From the NCBI GenBank assembly GCA_048941265.1, contig JBHLNT010000031.1, positions 1-33,282 of the forward strand: a DNA stretch of 33,282 nucleotides. Reading direction: 5' to 3'. The DNA is from Promethearchaeota archaeon. GTDB taxonomy: Archaea; Asgardarchaeota; Lokiarchaeia; Sigyniarchaeales; SOKP01. This document shows positions 9,239 through 19,547 of the stretch, in pieces (the stretch's first letter is position 1; each line of letters starts with the position of its first letter). The position numbers and the translations under genes are program-made. Below the pieces are notes generated by a model. It was not told where the DNA came from. It ran no database searches and saw nothing but the letters and a program-made list of their open reading frames with translations.

Positions 9239-10417
9239 TCAATCCTCCGGCAATAAATACAATGAAGGACCCTCTTTCTTTTTCTTTACTTTACTTCTAA
9301 AGTGTCTCGTAATACCTTGATCAAAATCATTTTCCATGAATTCAGGAACATATTTTTCCATTGTTCTTTCTGTAAGATCCCAATTAATCTCATCAGTGAT
9401 TCCCACAAAATTAGTGAACCTGGTATACCCATAACAATATGCGTATGCACCTGCGATTAATCGCTGTTTTCTGTCCCATTTTAAGAATTTCAGGTATAAT
9501 TCTCGCTGAGCTTTAGTAGCATACTCGAAAAAAGACCCTAAAGCATCTAATCCAATTGGTTTAACATCATCTCTATCCCGAGTAAATAACGCTGCTCCTG
9601 TTATTCTCTCACCCCAATTAATAGGTTCTGTTGTCATTGTAGCGAAAGGATCTACAGTTGCTTTTACATTTTTTAATCGATAAGCAAACGCAATATTACT
9701 ATAAGGTGCTTTAGCTTTAGTTTCCGACCAAGGAAAATGAGGTTTTCCTCCATCATAAAGATGTGATATTTCTCTAAAAACTAAAATTTCCTCATTATTG
9801 ATTCTATAAGGGCCATGATCGCATAACTTTGCCCGTGCTTCACACTCATCTAGAAAAGAAAAAACTTCAAGATTAGCCATTGTTTTTCTAATTTTACAAG
9901 AATCTTCCTTTGAAACAGCTTTAATATGTTCCATTGCCCAATCAATATCCGGTTGATCCAAGGCTATGTTAGCGGCTCCACCGTGTTCATTTAATTCATT
10001 TATATTAGCTACAAATAATTTACCATTTTGAAAATACGAAAACGCTAAGCGCTTCCAGAAATCTAAAAGAAATATTGTTTGTTTTCTTTTTTCTTCGCTT
10101 TCTGATCTTGGATCATTACCATTTCTAAAAATTTCTCCCATCCGGCCCTCCATATAATATAAAGGAATATAATTAATAGTTAAGGCCTGAAGTTCTGAAA
10201 GAATTTTCCGTGATTTTTTCCCCATTTCCTCGGGAGTTATTTTTTCAGAGACTTCTTTAATGATGTTATAAAGCATATCATAAGAATTATAAAAACTTAC
10301 GCATATATAAGCTGTAACTGGAAAGATTTTAGATTCTAGAAGCCCCCTGTGAGTAATTAGATGTTCAAAAATATCATTTATATATTTAATAACCTCATTA
10401 GCTTCTTTTACATTCAT
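9239..10417 (-). CDS. hypothetical protein (392 aa), probably co-transcribed with the downstream gene
   Basis: Long ORF with normal composition; 5-nt gap to the next gene; no motif confidently recognised. Confidence 0.8.
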   Translation of the reverse strand: MNVKEANEVIKYINDIFEHLITHRGLLESKIFPVTAYICVSFYNSYDMLYNIIKEVSEKITPEEMGKKSRKILSELQALTINYIPLYYMEGRMGEIFRNGNDPRSESEEKRKQTIFLLDFWKRLAFSYFQNGKLFVANINELNEHGGAANIALDQPDIDWAMEHIKAVSKEDSCKIRKTMANLEVFSFLDECEARAKLCDHGPYRINNEEILVFREISHLYDGGKPHFPWSETKAKAPYSNIAFAYRLKNVKATVDPFATMTTEPINWGERITGAALFTRDRDDVKPIGLDALGSFFEYATKAQRELYLKFLKWDRKQRLIAGAYAYCYGYTRFTNFVGITDEINWDLTERTMEKYVPEFMENDFDQGITRHFRSKVKKKKEGPSLYLLPED

Positions 10418-10599
10418 CTAAATGAATTTTTATTAAAGTAAATTAAATTATTATTATTTAATGAGCAATTATATTTTAATTTAGAGAAAATTAAAAAATT
10501 TTTAAGAGCAATAAAGAAATAATCAACATTTCATAATAAAATATCGATTTTTAAATCTAAATCAATTTGATGATATTAAAATGATAAATAATTATATAC

Positions 10600-10670
10600 T
10601 TTCCTATAATTCTGTGATCGAGCAATTACTCGTAAATAACTAGTCGAGGATTCGAATCCCTTAAGAGGCT
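10600..10670 (+). pseudogene. degenerate tRNA-Thr(CGT) remnant
   Basis: D-arm-like ...GAGC, anticodon loop CT-CGT-AA (CGT at 10631-10633), 5-nt variable region, T-arm GAGGA-TTCGAAT-CCCTT and 3' acceptor AAGAGGC-T. Spacing is near canonical, but the acceptor and anticodon stems no longer pair. Confidence 0.55.
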
Positions 10671-11111
10671 TCATATTTTTATTATCTTTTTTTTTAAAAA
10701 CCTTTAAGATAAATGATGAGCCGCATATTTTCTTAAATTATTAAATATTGAAATTTTGGGACTATTATTCTGTATTTCCTCTTTTCTTTTAAATAGAAAA
10801 GCTAAATAGTAATAATTTTATAATATAAAACTTCTTTAATAAATAGAATTTTCTAAGTTGTATTATACATCAGAATCCACTTCAAATTATTGAAGTCTAT
10901 TTAAAAAATTAGGAGATATGAGTTATTCCATAGATGTGAATCCTTTTAAAAAACAGAATTTAATTTCTCAATTAAAATGAGCGTAGTTTAAATTATCAAT
11001 TAATTTCCAGAATATACTTTCATTCTATCAATCTAAGTGGGGATTATATGAGATGACAAAAAATTCTCTTAAAACTGCTTAATTTATTGTTAACTTGATA
11101 TTTCTTTTTTT

Positions 11112-13316
11112 TTATACTGTAATGAAATTTATCTCTTCTTTTAAGGACTTAATAGTTAATCTTGCGATTAAATACATAATCGTTGATTCTGCACCTTGAT
11201 TTAAATTAATGGAATATTTTCGCAAACCATCTTGACATCCTTTAGATTTAGAATCATAAACAACTTGGTTGAGATAATTTTTTCCTAAAAACCATTCAAA
11301 AGCCTTAATTGCATATTTATAATACTCATAATTTTTAGTAACTTGATATGCTACAGCTAATGTTTGAACCATTGTAGCAGTATCAACTGGTTGTTGATCA
11401 AAAAGAGATCTCGTTGAATTTTTATAAAACCACTTATTTTGTCCAATAGGAGCATAAAAACCATTTACAAAAGTATGTTTGATTAAAAATTTCAAGGATT
11501 GTACAGCTACTTCTAAATATTTTTTATCATTAGTTAGATCGTAGCAATAAAACAAGGATTCTGGAAGTTTGCTATTAGAATATGTAAGAAAATCCTCAAA
11601 CCAATTCCAAGATACATCTGAATCCCTATAATAAAGCGAGATTAGATAATCAGCTAATTTTTTAAGAAGTTCTCCTTCTTCTTCTGCAATTTGATTGTAA
11701 TAATAGAGGCCAATTAAACTAAAAGCAACGGATCTTGACGATTTAAAATTTTTTATTATTTTTTTTCCATTTTTAAAAAGAGATTGAGCTTTAACTCTTA
11801 AATATTTTGGAATACTCTTTATTGAAAGAATATAACCGAGGGCCCATAATGCTCTTCCATGAGCATCTTCACTCCAATGCTCATAGTCTATTTGCTTATT
11901 AATATCAACAAAATTATAAAATCTTAAATCACGGTAAACATATTCAATGAAGTTGAGGTATAGCTCGATTTTTTCAAGCATATCTTGTTCTTGAAAAAAA
12001 TCATAATGCATAGCAGTAGCAACTAATGCTCTTGCGTTATCATCTAGTGTATAGCCTGATGTTTTCCATGGGATCGTATATTTTGAAAATTGAATTATCC
12101 CAAATTTATCTGTTAGCTTTTCTAAGTGATCAAATTGAATATCTGGGATAGCATATTGACATTTAGATAAATCAAGATCTATTTTTTTAAATAATTTATA
12201 ATGTGAAATCGCAACATTCGGCCAAGTAGAATTTCTTGTATAATTGTAAATCCTTTTTTCTATTTGTTTCTTCAATTCAGAATTAGATAATAATCCAATT
12301 ACTGATTCTGCTATTGAACTAGAATCTCTAAATTTAACTAGAATCCCTCTATTGTTTGAAAGTAAATCCTTTGCGTGAAGATAGGGTGTTGATATAATTG
12401 CCTTACCACAAGATGCCGCGTAAGCTAAGGTTCCGCTTACAATTTGTCTTGGATCTTGATTTGATGAAATATATATGTCAGTAGCTCGTAAGTAATTGAT
12501 AATTGCTTCTAATGAAATATATTTATTAATAAATTTTACATGATTATTGAGTTTAAGGTCATTAACTCTTTTTTTAAGAAAATTTCTGTATTTTTCTCCA
12601 TACCTTTTTTTAATCTCTGGATGTGTTTCACCGATAATCAAAAATAATATATTCGGAAATTTCTTGACAATATCAGTAAGGGATTCAATAATAAATTCAT
12701 ATCCTTTCCCTGGATTAAGCATTCCAAAAGAAGATAAGAGGATTTTATCCTCAAATCCCAATTTTCTTTTTAATATTTTATTTCCATTAAGAGGAACTGT
12801 TGGTGTACCATGAGGAATGACCACTATGTTATTTTTGATATTATAGTCATTTTTAAGAATATCTAATCCAATCCTATTCATTATTATAAGATGAGACGAG
12901 AATTTTGATATTTTTTTAAGAATAGACCTCACTTTTTTCTCTGGATTTGGGAGAATTGTGTGTAAAGTAGTTACAACAGGTTTATCGATATTCTCAAGAA
13001 AATTTATTAAATATTCACCCCATTCTCCTCCATATATTCCAAACTCGTGTTGTATGTTCACTAATTTAATTTTTTTAATTGAATTTATTTTTTTAGCACT
13101 AACAGAATAGGAATAAGGATCGTCTTCTCTAATTTTTAAAATAACCTTCTTAGAATAATCATAATTTTCTTGATCTTTATTAATTGCAACAATCTTCGAA
13201 GTTAAAGACGGTCTGAACTTAGCATCTATCGCATCAGTTAAATCCTTCGTAAAAGTTGCTATTCCACATTCTCGAGGAGGATAACTACTAACAAAGGAAA
13301 TCCAAAATTTATTCAT
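11112..13316 (-). CDS. glycosyltransferase family 4 fused to a C-terminal (alpha/alpha)6 glycosidase-like domain
   Basis: SSYPPRECGIATFT, IQHEFGIYGG, FGMLNPGKGYE, QIVSGTL and ISTPY in the GT4 part; GYTLDDNARAL, FDQQP and NQGAESTI in the C-terminal part. ATG at 13316 preferred over TTG at 13331. Confidence 0.9.
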   Translation of the reverse strand: MNKFWISFVSSYPPRECGIATFTKDLTDAIDAKFRPSLTSKIVAINKDQENYDYSKKVILKIREDDPYSYSVSAKKINSIKKIKLVNIQHEFGIYGGEWGEYLINFLENIDKPVVTTLHTILPNPEKKVRSILKKISKFSSHLIIMNRIGLDILKNDYNIKNNIVVIPHGTPTVPLNGNKILKRKLGFEDKILLSSFGMLNPGKGYEFIIESLTDIVKKFPNILFLIIGETHPEIKKRYGEKYRNFLKKRVNDLKLNNHVKFINKYISLEAIINYLRATDIYISSNQDPRQIVSGTLAYAASCGKAIISTPYLHAKDLLSNNRGILVKFRDSSSIAESVIGLLSNSELKKQIEKRIYNYTRNSTWPNVAISHYKLFKKIDLDLSKCQYAIPDIQFDHLEKLTDKFGIIQFSKYTIPWKTSGYTLDDNARALVATAMHYDFFQEQDMLEKIELYLNFIEYVYRDLRFYNFVDINKQIDYEHWSEDAHGRALWALGYILSIKSIPKYLRVKAQSLFKNGKKIIKNFKSSRSVAFSLIGLYYYNQIAEEEGELLKKLADYLISLYYRDSDVSWNWFEDFLTYSNSKLPESLFYCYDLTNDKKYLEVAVQSLKFLIKHTFVNGFYAPIGQNKWFYKNSTRSLFDQQPVDTATMVQTLAVAYQVTKNYEYYKYAIKAFEWFLGKNYLNQVVYDSKSKGCQDGLRKYSINLNQGAESTIMYLIARLTIKSLKEEINFITV

Positions 13317-13535
13317 TAAAAATAATCCCAATAAACAATGTTATTGCATAATATTTAAACTCAAAGGTTAAAAATTATAAAAAATGAAGAATTCTTTTGG
13401 TCCGATTAATTTTAAATTTGAATATATCACTCATCTAGATTAAATAAAAGAAGATTTATTTCTAAAGTATGATAAATATAAAATACTATTGTTAAAGTAG
13501 TATCAAATAAAAAAAGAGAATTTGAGATTCTATTT

Positions 13536-14759
13536 CTATTTTTTAGTCCAAACTTTTAATTCTCCATTTTCATACCTAAATATTATTTTATTTTCCCTAG
13601 CTAACCATCCAATAGCCATCATCAAAAGCTCTTGGTTTTGAGAATACTCTTTTTTAAGTTCCGTTAAACTTATTTCATTTTTATATGCTTTTTTATATAT
13701 CTTGCCAGCCATAAATCCAATATCAATGTCCAATTTAGATCGAGTTTTAATTAATGTCTTTAATAACTCATTTAATCTCATTGAAACCACAGCAATGCAT
13801 TTATCAGCTGCCCCATAATATATATAAAGTCTCCCATTAAATATAGCCGTTCCCGTTGGAAAAACTACATTGGGAACATCCCCTAATTTTTCATAATCTT
13901 CCGTAGGTGAAAACAAAGGTTTTTCTAGGCGACCTATAATCTTGAATGGAAATTCTTTTTCGAAAAGAGCTGCGCTAGCATGATAGATCTGTCCCGCGTT
14001 AGTATCTTCGACAGCATGGTAAATTAGAAGCCATCCTTTATCTGTTTCTATAAATGGCGCACCAGCTCCAATATTTCTAGATTCATATCCAAAATTAGGT
14101 TCAACAATTACAAAATCCCCTAATTTTGATAGATAATCATGCCAAAATTCAGGATTTTTTAATTGATTAAAATTATCAAAATATATCACTTGAATATCCG
14201 GTAATACCCTATGAATTAAAGCATATTTATTTCCAAATTTCTTGGGGAACAAAAAACAATCTTTTTCCCAAAGGAGTACGTCAGGGGCAGTAATCTCTTT
14301 TATATATGAAACAAATAGATAATATTTATTTTTTAATCGAGATGATTTAAAATACTCTTTTGCCTGTTCGTATTGAATAGAAGGGGTAATTAATCCATGT
14401 TTCTCCCAATCTAGCAGATCTTTGCTCGTAGCATAAGCTACTCTAGCATCCCTCCCATTATAAGCGGTATAAAAAAGATAATATTTATCATCTAAAAAAA
14501 CAATTCTGGGGTCCTCTACCCCGTGTATTTCATAATCATGTTCTGGAAATATTATTGGTTTAGTTTTTCTTTCAACAATCTTTAATGGACCAGATAGCCT
14601 ACAATATCCAATACTTGAATAATTTCCTTCTTTTACAGCTCTATAAAAAAGGTGTAAAACCCCCGCATCTTGTACTATAGTTGGATTTAAAACAGCTTGA
14701 GATTCAAATTCTAAATCTGTCGGTTGAAGTAAAATTCCTTCTCTCTTAATATTTAACAT
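13536..14759 (-). CDS. GH130-like glycosidase/phosphorylase (PH1107-type) with C-terminal DUF2582-like winged helix
   Basis: AVLNP, LFYRA, GVEDPRI, YTAY, EKD, IGAGAP, WLLIYH and GDVPNVVFPTG; tail IGFMAGKIY...AIGWLARENKI. Confidence 0.88.
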   Translation of the reverse strand: MLNIKREGILLQPTDLEFESQAVLNPTIVQDAGVLHLFYRAVKEGNYSSIGYCRLSGPLKIVERKTKPIIFPEHDYEIHGVEDPRIVFLDDKYYLFYTAYNGRDARVAYATSKDLLDWEKHGLITPSIQYEQAKEYFKSSRLKNKYYLFVSYIKEITAPDVLLWEKDCFLFPKKFGNKYALIHRVLPDIQVIYFDNFNQLKNPEFWHDYLSKLGDFVIVEPNFGYESRNIGAGAPFIETDKGWLLIYHAVEDTNAGQIYHASAALFEKEFPFKIIGRLEKPLFSPTEDYEKLGDVPNVVFPTGTAIFNGRLYIYYGAADKCIAVVSMRLNELLKTLIKTRSKLDIDIGFMAGKIYKKAYKNEISLTELKKEYSQNQELLMMAIGWLARENKIIFRYENGELKVWTKK

Positions 14760-14826
14760 CGCGGAATATATTAATTGAGGATATATAAATTTTTTTAATT
14801 TTTTCTATTAAATGATTGTATAATCC

Positions 14827-15855
14827 TTATTTAGCATTCTCAATCGATAAGATTTTCTCATAGATTCGTATATAATTCGTTACCATATTATCAATTGAAA
14901 AATGGTTTTCCACTCTTTTTCTACAGTCAGATCTATCAATTAAATCTATTTTTTCAATATATTCTACGGCTTCATTTATATTGTCTACAACAAAACCAGT
15001 TTTATTATGTTCTACGATTTCTGATACAGAGCCTAGATCAAAACCAATTACTGGTGTACCACAAGCCATCGCTTCTGCCATGACTAATCCAAATCTTTCA
15101 GGATTTTGTACTGGATGTAAAAGCGCTATCGCATTTCCAAGTAATTCATTTCTTTCATTATTAGTGATCAGACCAAGAAAATAAATTTTTTTATTATCAA
15201 TAAATGGTTTAACAAATTTTTTATAATATTCAGGTTCTTGAATAATTCCAGCAATTTTTAACTTTTTATTAGATTTTTTAGCTATTTGTATTGCTTGATA
15301 AACCCCCTTCTCATGACAAATCCTCCCTAAAAAAACAAGATAATTCCCTTTTTCTGGAATAAAAGTAAAATCCTTTAAATTAATACCATTATATACAGTA
15401 TCGATATATTTTAAATCCGGATGTCTATCTGAATTACTAATAGATACATAATATACGTTATCTGTATATTTTTTATATATTGGGATAATTTTGGGAGAAG
15501 AAAATCCATGAATGGTAGTTAAAACTGGTGTTTTTATCAATTTAGAAAAAGCAAGCGGCGGATAATCAAAATGATTATGTATGATATCAAAATCTTCAGC
15601 TCTTTCAAAAACTTCTGAAATATGTAGAAATTTCCATACCTCCGGGTCAATATTTTTATTTTCTTCGTATCCCATGGGGCAGATTGCATGAAGTTTAGCC
15701 TTGGTTATACTATTAGCTGTTGCAAATAAAGTTACATCAAAACCCCTCTTAACTAATCCTTCAGTCAAATTACTAGCCACTAATTCCCAAGGACCATATT
15801 TTTTAGGCGGAGTTCTCCATGCGATAGGCGCTAATATAGCTATTTTTAGTTTCAT
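14827..15855 (-). CDS. glycosyltransferase family 4 protein
   Basis: RTPPKKYGPWE, DIIHNH, FLGRICHEKG, ERFGLVMAEAMACGTPVI. Confidence 0.93.
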   Translation of the reverse strand: MKLKIAILAPIAWRTPPKKYGPWELVASNLTEGLVKRGFDVTLFATANSITKAKLHAICPMGYEENKNIDPEVWKFLHISEVFERAEDFDIIHNHFDYPPLAFSKLIKTPVLTTIHGFSSPKIIPIYKKYTDNVYYVSISNSDRHPDLKYIDTVYNGINLKDFTFIPEKGNYLVFLGRICHEKGVYQAIQIAKKSNKKLKIAGIIQEPEYYKKFVKPFIDNKKIYFLGLITNNERNELLGNAIALLHPVQNPERFGLVMAEAMACGTPVIGFDLGSVSEIVEHNKTGFVVDNINEAVEYIEKIDLIDRSDCRKRVENHFSIDNMVTNYIRIYEKILSIENAK

Positions 15856-16684
15856 CTTAGATTACTTGAATTAAATTTCAAAATTCGTTATTCTTTTATA
15901 TAATTCTATTTGAAAATCTCATATATAAGCGGAATTCTTGTTATATATATCGAATTTTATAAATTTTTAATAAGTTCTTTAAGTCCATTAATCAATATCT
16001 CTTATTACATTCAACACTACTCTCAATTTAAATAAAAAGATTAAAAATTATATAAAATTAATGAGATAACCACAAGTAGTATTTTACTAACAAGAAAGAA
16101 AGACATAATATTTCTTAATAATACTATCCAACATCTGAAATTTTTTGTGCAAAATAGTGTGGAAAGGTTTGTTGATAAAAATGGGTTGATTTTAACACAA
16201 TTGAGTTCATTTTTTTTTACTTAAATTCTATTAATTGGAGGAAATTAACCATCAGATTTAGTCAGAAAATTAATTTATTATAGAATCTATAAATTGTTCT
16301 ACAACATTGGTATGAACTTATAAGAGGTCCGATGAAGTAATAAACTCTTTTTACCCATGGGAGATTTTAACAGCTTCAATAGTAAATTTTCTAACAGGAA
16401 AAGATATAGAAATCAGTCCAAGTAAATTGAATGAAATCAGTGCAATTATTCATTTGAAAATGGTAGAAAGCGAGGAATTATTTAAATATGTTTAATGGAT
16501 ATACAATCTTACCTATTTTTTGAGATTGATATAAATGCTAAATACATTCTTCTTCAATAAACAAGAAGAAAATCTTATGGATAGAAAATTTATACTTTGA
16601 AATGTTTTAGTCCGTCGATATAGAGCTTAAAATATGATATATTAGAAATATAAAAAAAATGAATCTTGTCCTCAATTAGACTTA

Positions 16685-16837
16685 TTAGAAGTTTATATCT
16701 AATGTATTTTGCCATAACCCGTGTATATTGCAATATGAAAACGCAATAACCGTTCCTGATTTCTCGGTTTTAAAGGTTAAAGTTGTCTCGAAGCAATATT
16801 TTGGTTTAATTAGTTTATATCTACCATATAATATTTT
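16685..16837 (-). pseudogene. C-terminal remnant of superoxide reductase (neelaredoxin/desulfoferrodoxin)
   Basis: Minus-strand frame ...TLTFKTEKSGTVIAFSYCNIHGLWQNTLDINF* carries the YCNIHGLW iron-ligand motif. No start codon; the N-terminal His ligands were not found. Confidence 0.8.
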
Positions 16838-17149
16838 TCATCTCATTACTTCATATTGTTAAAAAAGATTGCCTATATTATATAATCAAATAAATTAAGC
16901 TTTAAAACTAAGAATAATAGTTTATTAGTTTTTTATTTTTATGGTTTAGATTTTCATTTATTCATTACATTAAAATCTGAAATAGAATTTCATTTCTTTT
17001 GGATTATCGAATTTATAGTTCATTTATAATTCATAACATTTAGATTTTTATTTAAAATTTACATATCTAAGCACATCTTATATAAAATATAATTAAAATG
17101 TCATAAATTTGAATAAAAATTTTTTATAATTTAAAAGAGAGGATTAAAT

Positions 17150-17731
17150 TTGCTTCCGATTGGACCTTTAATGATTGAACATCGCTTAATAGAGAGATTA
17201 ATTAATGTCTTACAGGTTGAACTTGAAAACATTGAACAATCTAACGAAGTAAATCCATTTTTTATTGATTTATCAGTAGATTTTATCAGAACTTATGCTG
17301 ATCAAACCCATCACGGTAAAGAGGAGGATATTTTATTTAGAGAATTACAAGCTAAGACTTTAACTCCTGAACACCAACAAATTATGAATGAACTCATTGA
17401 GGAGCATAAATTTGGCAGAAAAACAACCAAAGAATTAGTTGAAGCTAAAGAAAGATATGTCAATGGAGGGAGAGAAGCCCTTAAAGAAGTTATTGAAAAA
17501 ATTAAAGTTTTAGTTGATTTTTATCCAAAACACATAGAAAAAGAAGACCAACATTTCTTTATTCCCGTTATGAAGTATTTTACCAAGGCGGAAAAAGATA
17601 AGATGTTGGAAGAGGGTCAAATTTTTGATAGAAAAATGATTCACAAAAAATATAATAAATTAGTGAGTGAGTTCGAAGATGTCAGAGAGATCCAAAGAAA
17701 AAGTAAAATCAATTGGATAAATAATATATAA
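17150..17731 (+). CDS. hemerythrin (HHE cation-binding) domain protein
   Basis: LMIEHRLIER, HHGKEEDILF, EEHKFGR, HIEKEDQHFF; TTG start after GAGAGG. Confidence 0.92.
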   Translation: MLPIGPLMIEHRLIERLINVLQVELENIEQSNEVNPFFIDLSVDFIRTYADQTHHGKEEDILFRELQAKTLTPEHQQIMNELIEEHKFGRKTTKELVEAKERYVNGGREALKEVIEKIKVLVDFYPKHIEKEDQHFFIPVMKYFTKAEKDKMLEEGQIFDRKMIHKKYNKLVSEFEDVREIQRKSKINWINNI

Positions 17732-17853
17732 CATTTCTATTTCTAATAAGAGAAAGAAAATTTATTTTGTTATTTTACATTACTACTATAATTAATACAT
17801 CTGAGATTAAAACTTCTCACTTTCAAGATTAAATTAAGTTATTTCAAAAAAAA

Positions 17854-18453
17854 ATGAACGCGAGCGATCTTGAATGTAATATAGTGGCTAATGTACAAAA
17901 AAAAAGAAGTAGATTATTGAATTATTTTTGGAAGATTTGTAGTTTTTTTGGATTGCCCTACTTTTGGATACTTTTAGGAATTATTTTTCTCTTTCTTGGA
18001 AATAGCACAATTCCCATATTGTATTTAGTACTGGCAATCAGTTATGGAATAATAGTAGTTCCTTTGAAACTACTTATTAAAAGACTCAGACCCTCGCAGA
18101 AATGCGATAATGTTGATTCTTTAACCTCAAAAACAAAATATTCTTTTCCCAGTGGGCATACTTTTATAGCTACCTCATTTGGATTGGTTATAGGATTTTA
18201 TTATGAAGAGATAATCTTGGTAATAGCAATGCTTTTTTTTGGTATAATAGTTGGAATATCCCGTATTTATCTTGGTGCTCATTTTCTCTCTGATGTATTC
18301 TTCTCATATATAATCGCAATTCTGGTAGTGAGTTGTATTTTTTATGTAGTATTTCCATTAATGAGCCGGTGTAATTTACTCTTCAAGATAATTATATTTT
18401 GTCTTTCTTTCTTTATTTACCTTAAGACGTTTGGTTCTACTATGTTAGTGTAA
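17854..18453 (+). CDS. PAP2-family membrane phosphatase
   Basis: KxxxKRLRP, SFPSGH and SRIYLGAHFLSDV motifs; several TM segments. Confidence 0.93.
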   Translation: MNASDLECNIVANVQKKRSRLLNYFWKICSFFGLPYFWILLGIIFLFLGNSTIPILYLVLAISYGIIVVPLKLLIKRLRPSQKCDNVDSLTSKTKYSFPSGHTFIATSFGLVIGFYYEEIILVIAMLFFGIIVGISRIYLGAHFLSDVFFSYIIAILVVSCIFYVVFPLMSRCNLLFKIIIFCLSFFIYLKTFGSTMLV

Positions 18454-18683
18454 CATCTACTATTTAGTCACTATTTTAAGAATTGATTTATAGAGACCCT
18501 TGTAGATATTATTATATTCGAAAATATCTTTGACCTTTTTAATTAGTTTGTTTACATTTTTAATATCCAATAATTATTCCCATTAAAGAAATAGTTGAAA
18601 TTCTAATTATAAGATGAGCTTTTATATTTTAATATAAAGAATTAAAAGAAAATAATAAGGAGTAATATTAAAGTGGGTTCTCT

Positions 18684-19271
18684 TTAATCTTTTACTGAAA
18701 GTTGTTGATAAGTTATATCTCTTAGCCAACCTCTTCCTTTTAATTCTATTTGGGAAATTAACTCTCTTGAACTTGACTGATAAATATTTTCAAATTCATT
18801 CTTATATTCCTCAAAAAGCTTATTAAAATATTCACATATCATATCTTCAAAGGGTTTTATCTTAAAAAACGGATTTAAAAAGAATGTAATAGTATATCGG
18901 CTAAAACAAAATACTGTATGAATTTTTATATTGGTGCCCTTTATTTTAAGTTCTGCTAAATTTTGAATACAAATTTGTTCTGAGAAATTTTCCAAAGCAC
19001 AAATAAATGGAGGGATAAGTTCAATATCAAAATTTGTCTTTGTATTCTCATCTTTAATATCTCTTTTTATAAAATGTTCAAGAGCACCATCAAATATTTC
19101 ACAAGTTAAGATAATGGTGCCACTTTTATCAGCAATAAAAAATCCAATAATAGGTGGGGCTGTGAATCTTAATGATTTTGAAGCTAACTCAAACCAGTTT
19201 TTGTCTTTGTAAAAAAAGTCCATCAGTTCAGATGTGATTTCTACCTTTGAGTCCTCATTCGTTTCTTTCAT
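18684..19271 (-). CDS. hypothetical protein, possible longin-like domain
   Basis: IIGFFIADKSGTIIL...LIPPFICALENFSEQI...LKIKGTNIKI resembles the pattern of the 1104..1880 N-terminal domain. Confidence 0.6.
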   Translation of the reverse strand: MKETNEDSKVEITSELMDFFYKDKNWFELASKSLRFTAPPIIGFFIADKSGTIILTCEIFDGALEHFIKRDIKDENTKTNFDIELIPPFICALENFSEQICIQNLAELKIKGTNIKIHTVFCFSRYTITFFLNPFFKIKPFEDMICEYFNKLFEEYKNEFENIYQSSSRELISQIELKGRGWLRDITYQQLSVKD

Positions 19272-19547
19272 AATTAGTTAAAATTATAGTATTTTTTCTA
19301 ATTTTAAAATACATATTTTTTTTGAATAGTACGTTGTCATATCACAAATTTAATTGACAGTTATAGGTTATAATTAATCTTTAGAGTTCCCTTCATTTGT
19401 CAAGATTTAATGAAATTAAAAAAAATTACAATCAAAACTAAAACCTATATTTTTTTAAACGATATTGACACATTTTAATATAACATATTATACGAATTAA
19501 ATGTCATATCACTTACAGAGATGTAAACAATAGTAGGGGAGAAGTAA

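Noticed and set aside
10879-11082. Inverted repeat ACTTCAA-N4-TTGAAGT and AGGAG-ATG 20-codon ORF at 10918
   Set aside because: Single short palindrome in AT-rich DNA. The ORF stops after 20 codons and lacks the acidic/hydrophobic layout of the three peptides; possibly decayed, but unsupported.
6590-15184. Small overlapping ORFs 6590..6790, 8552..8746, 8997..9185, 12547..12813, 14895..15083 and 14981..15184
   Set aside because: All lie inside longer, motif-supported genes in other frames or strands.
10418-19500. Calling this segment an intact mobile element
   Set aside because: No integrase, transposase, terminal repeats or second att site found; only a tRNA remnant and decayed genes.
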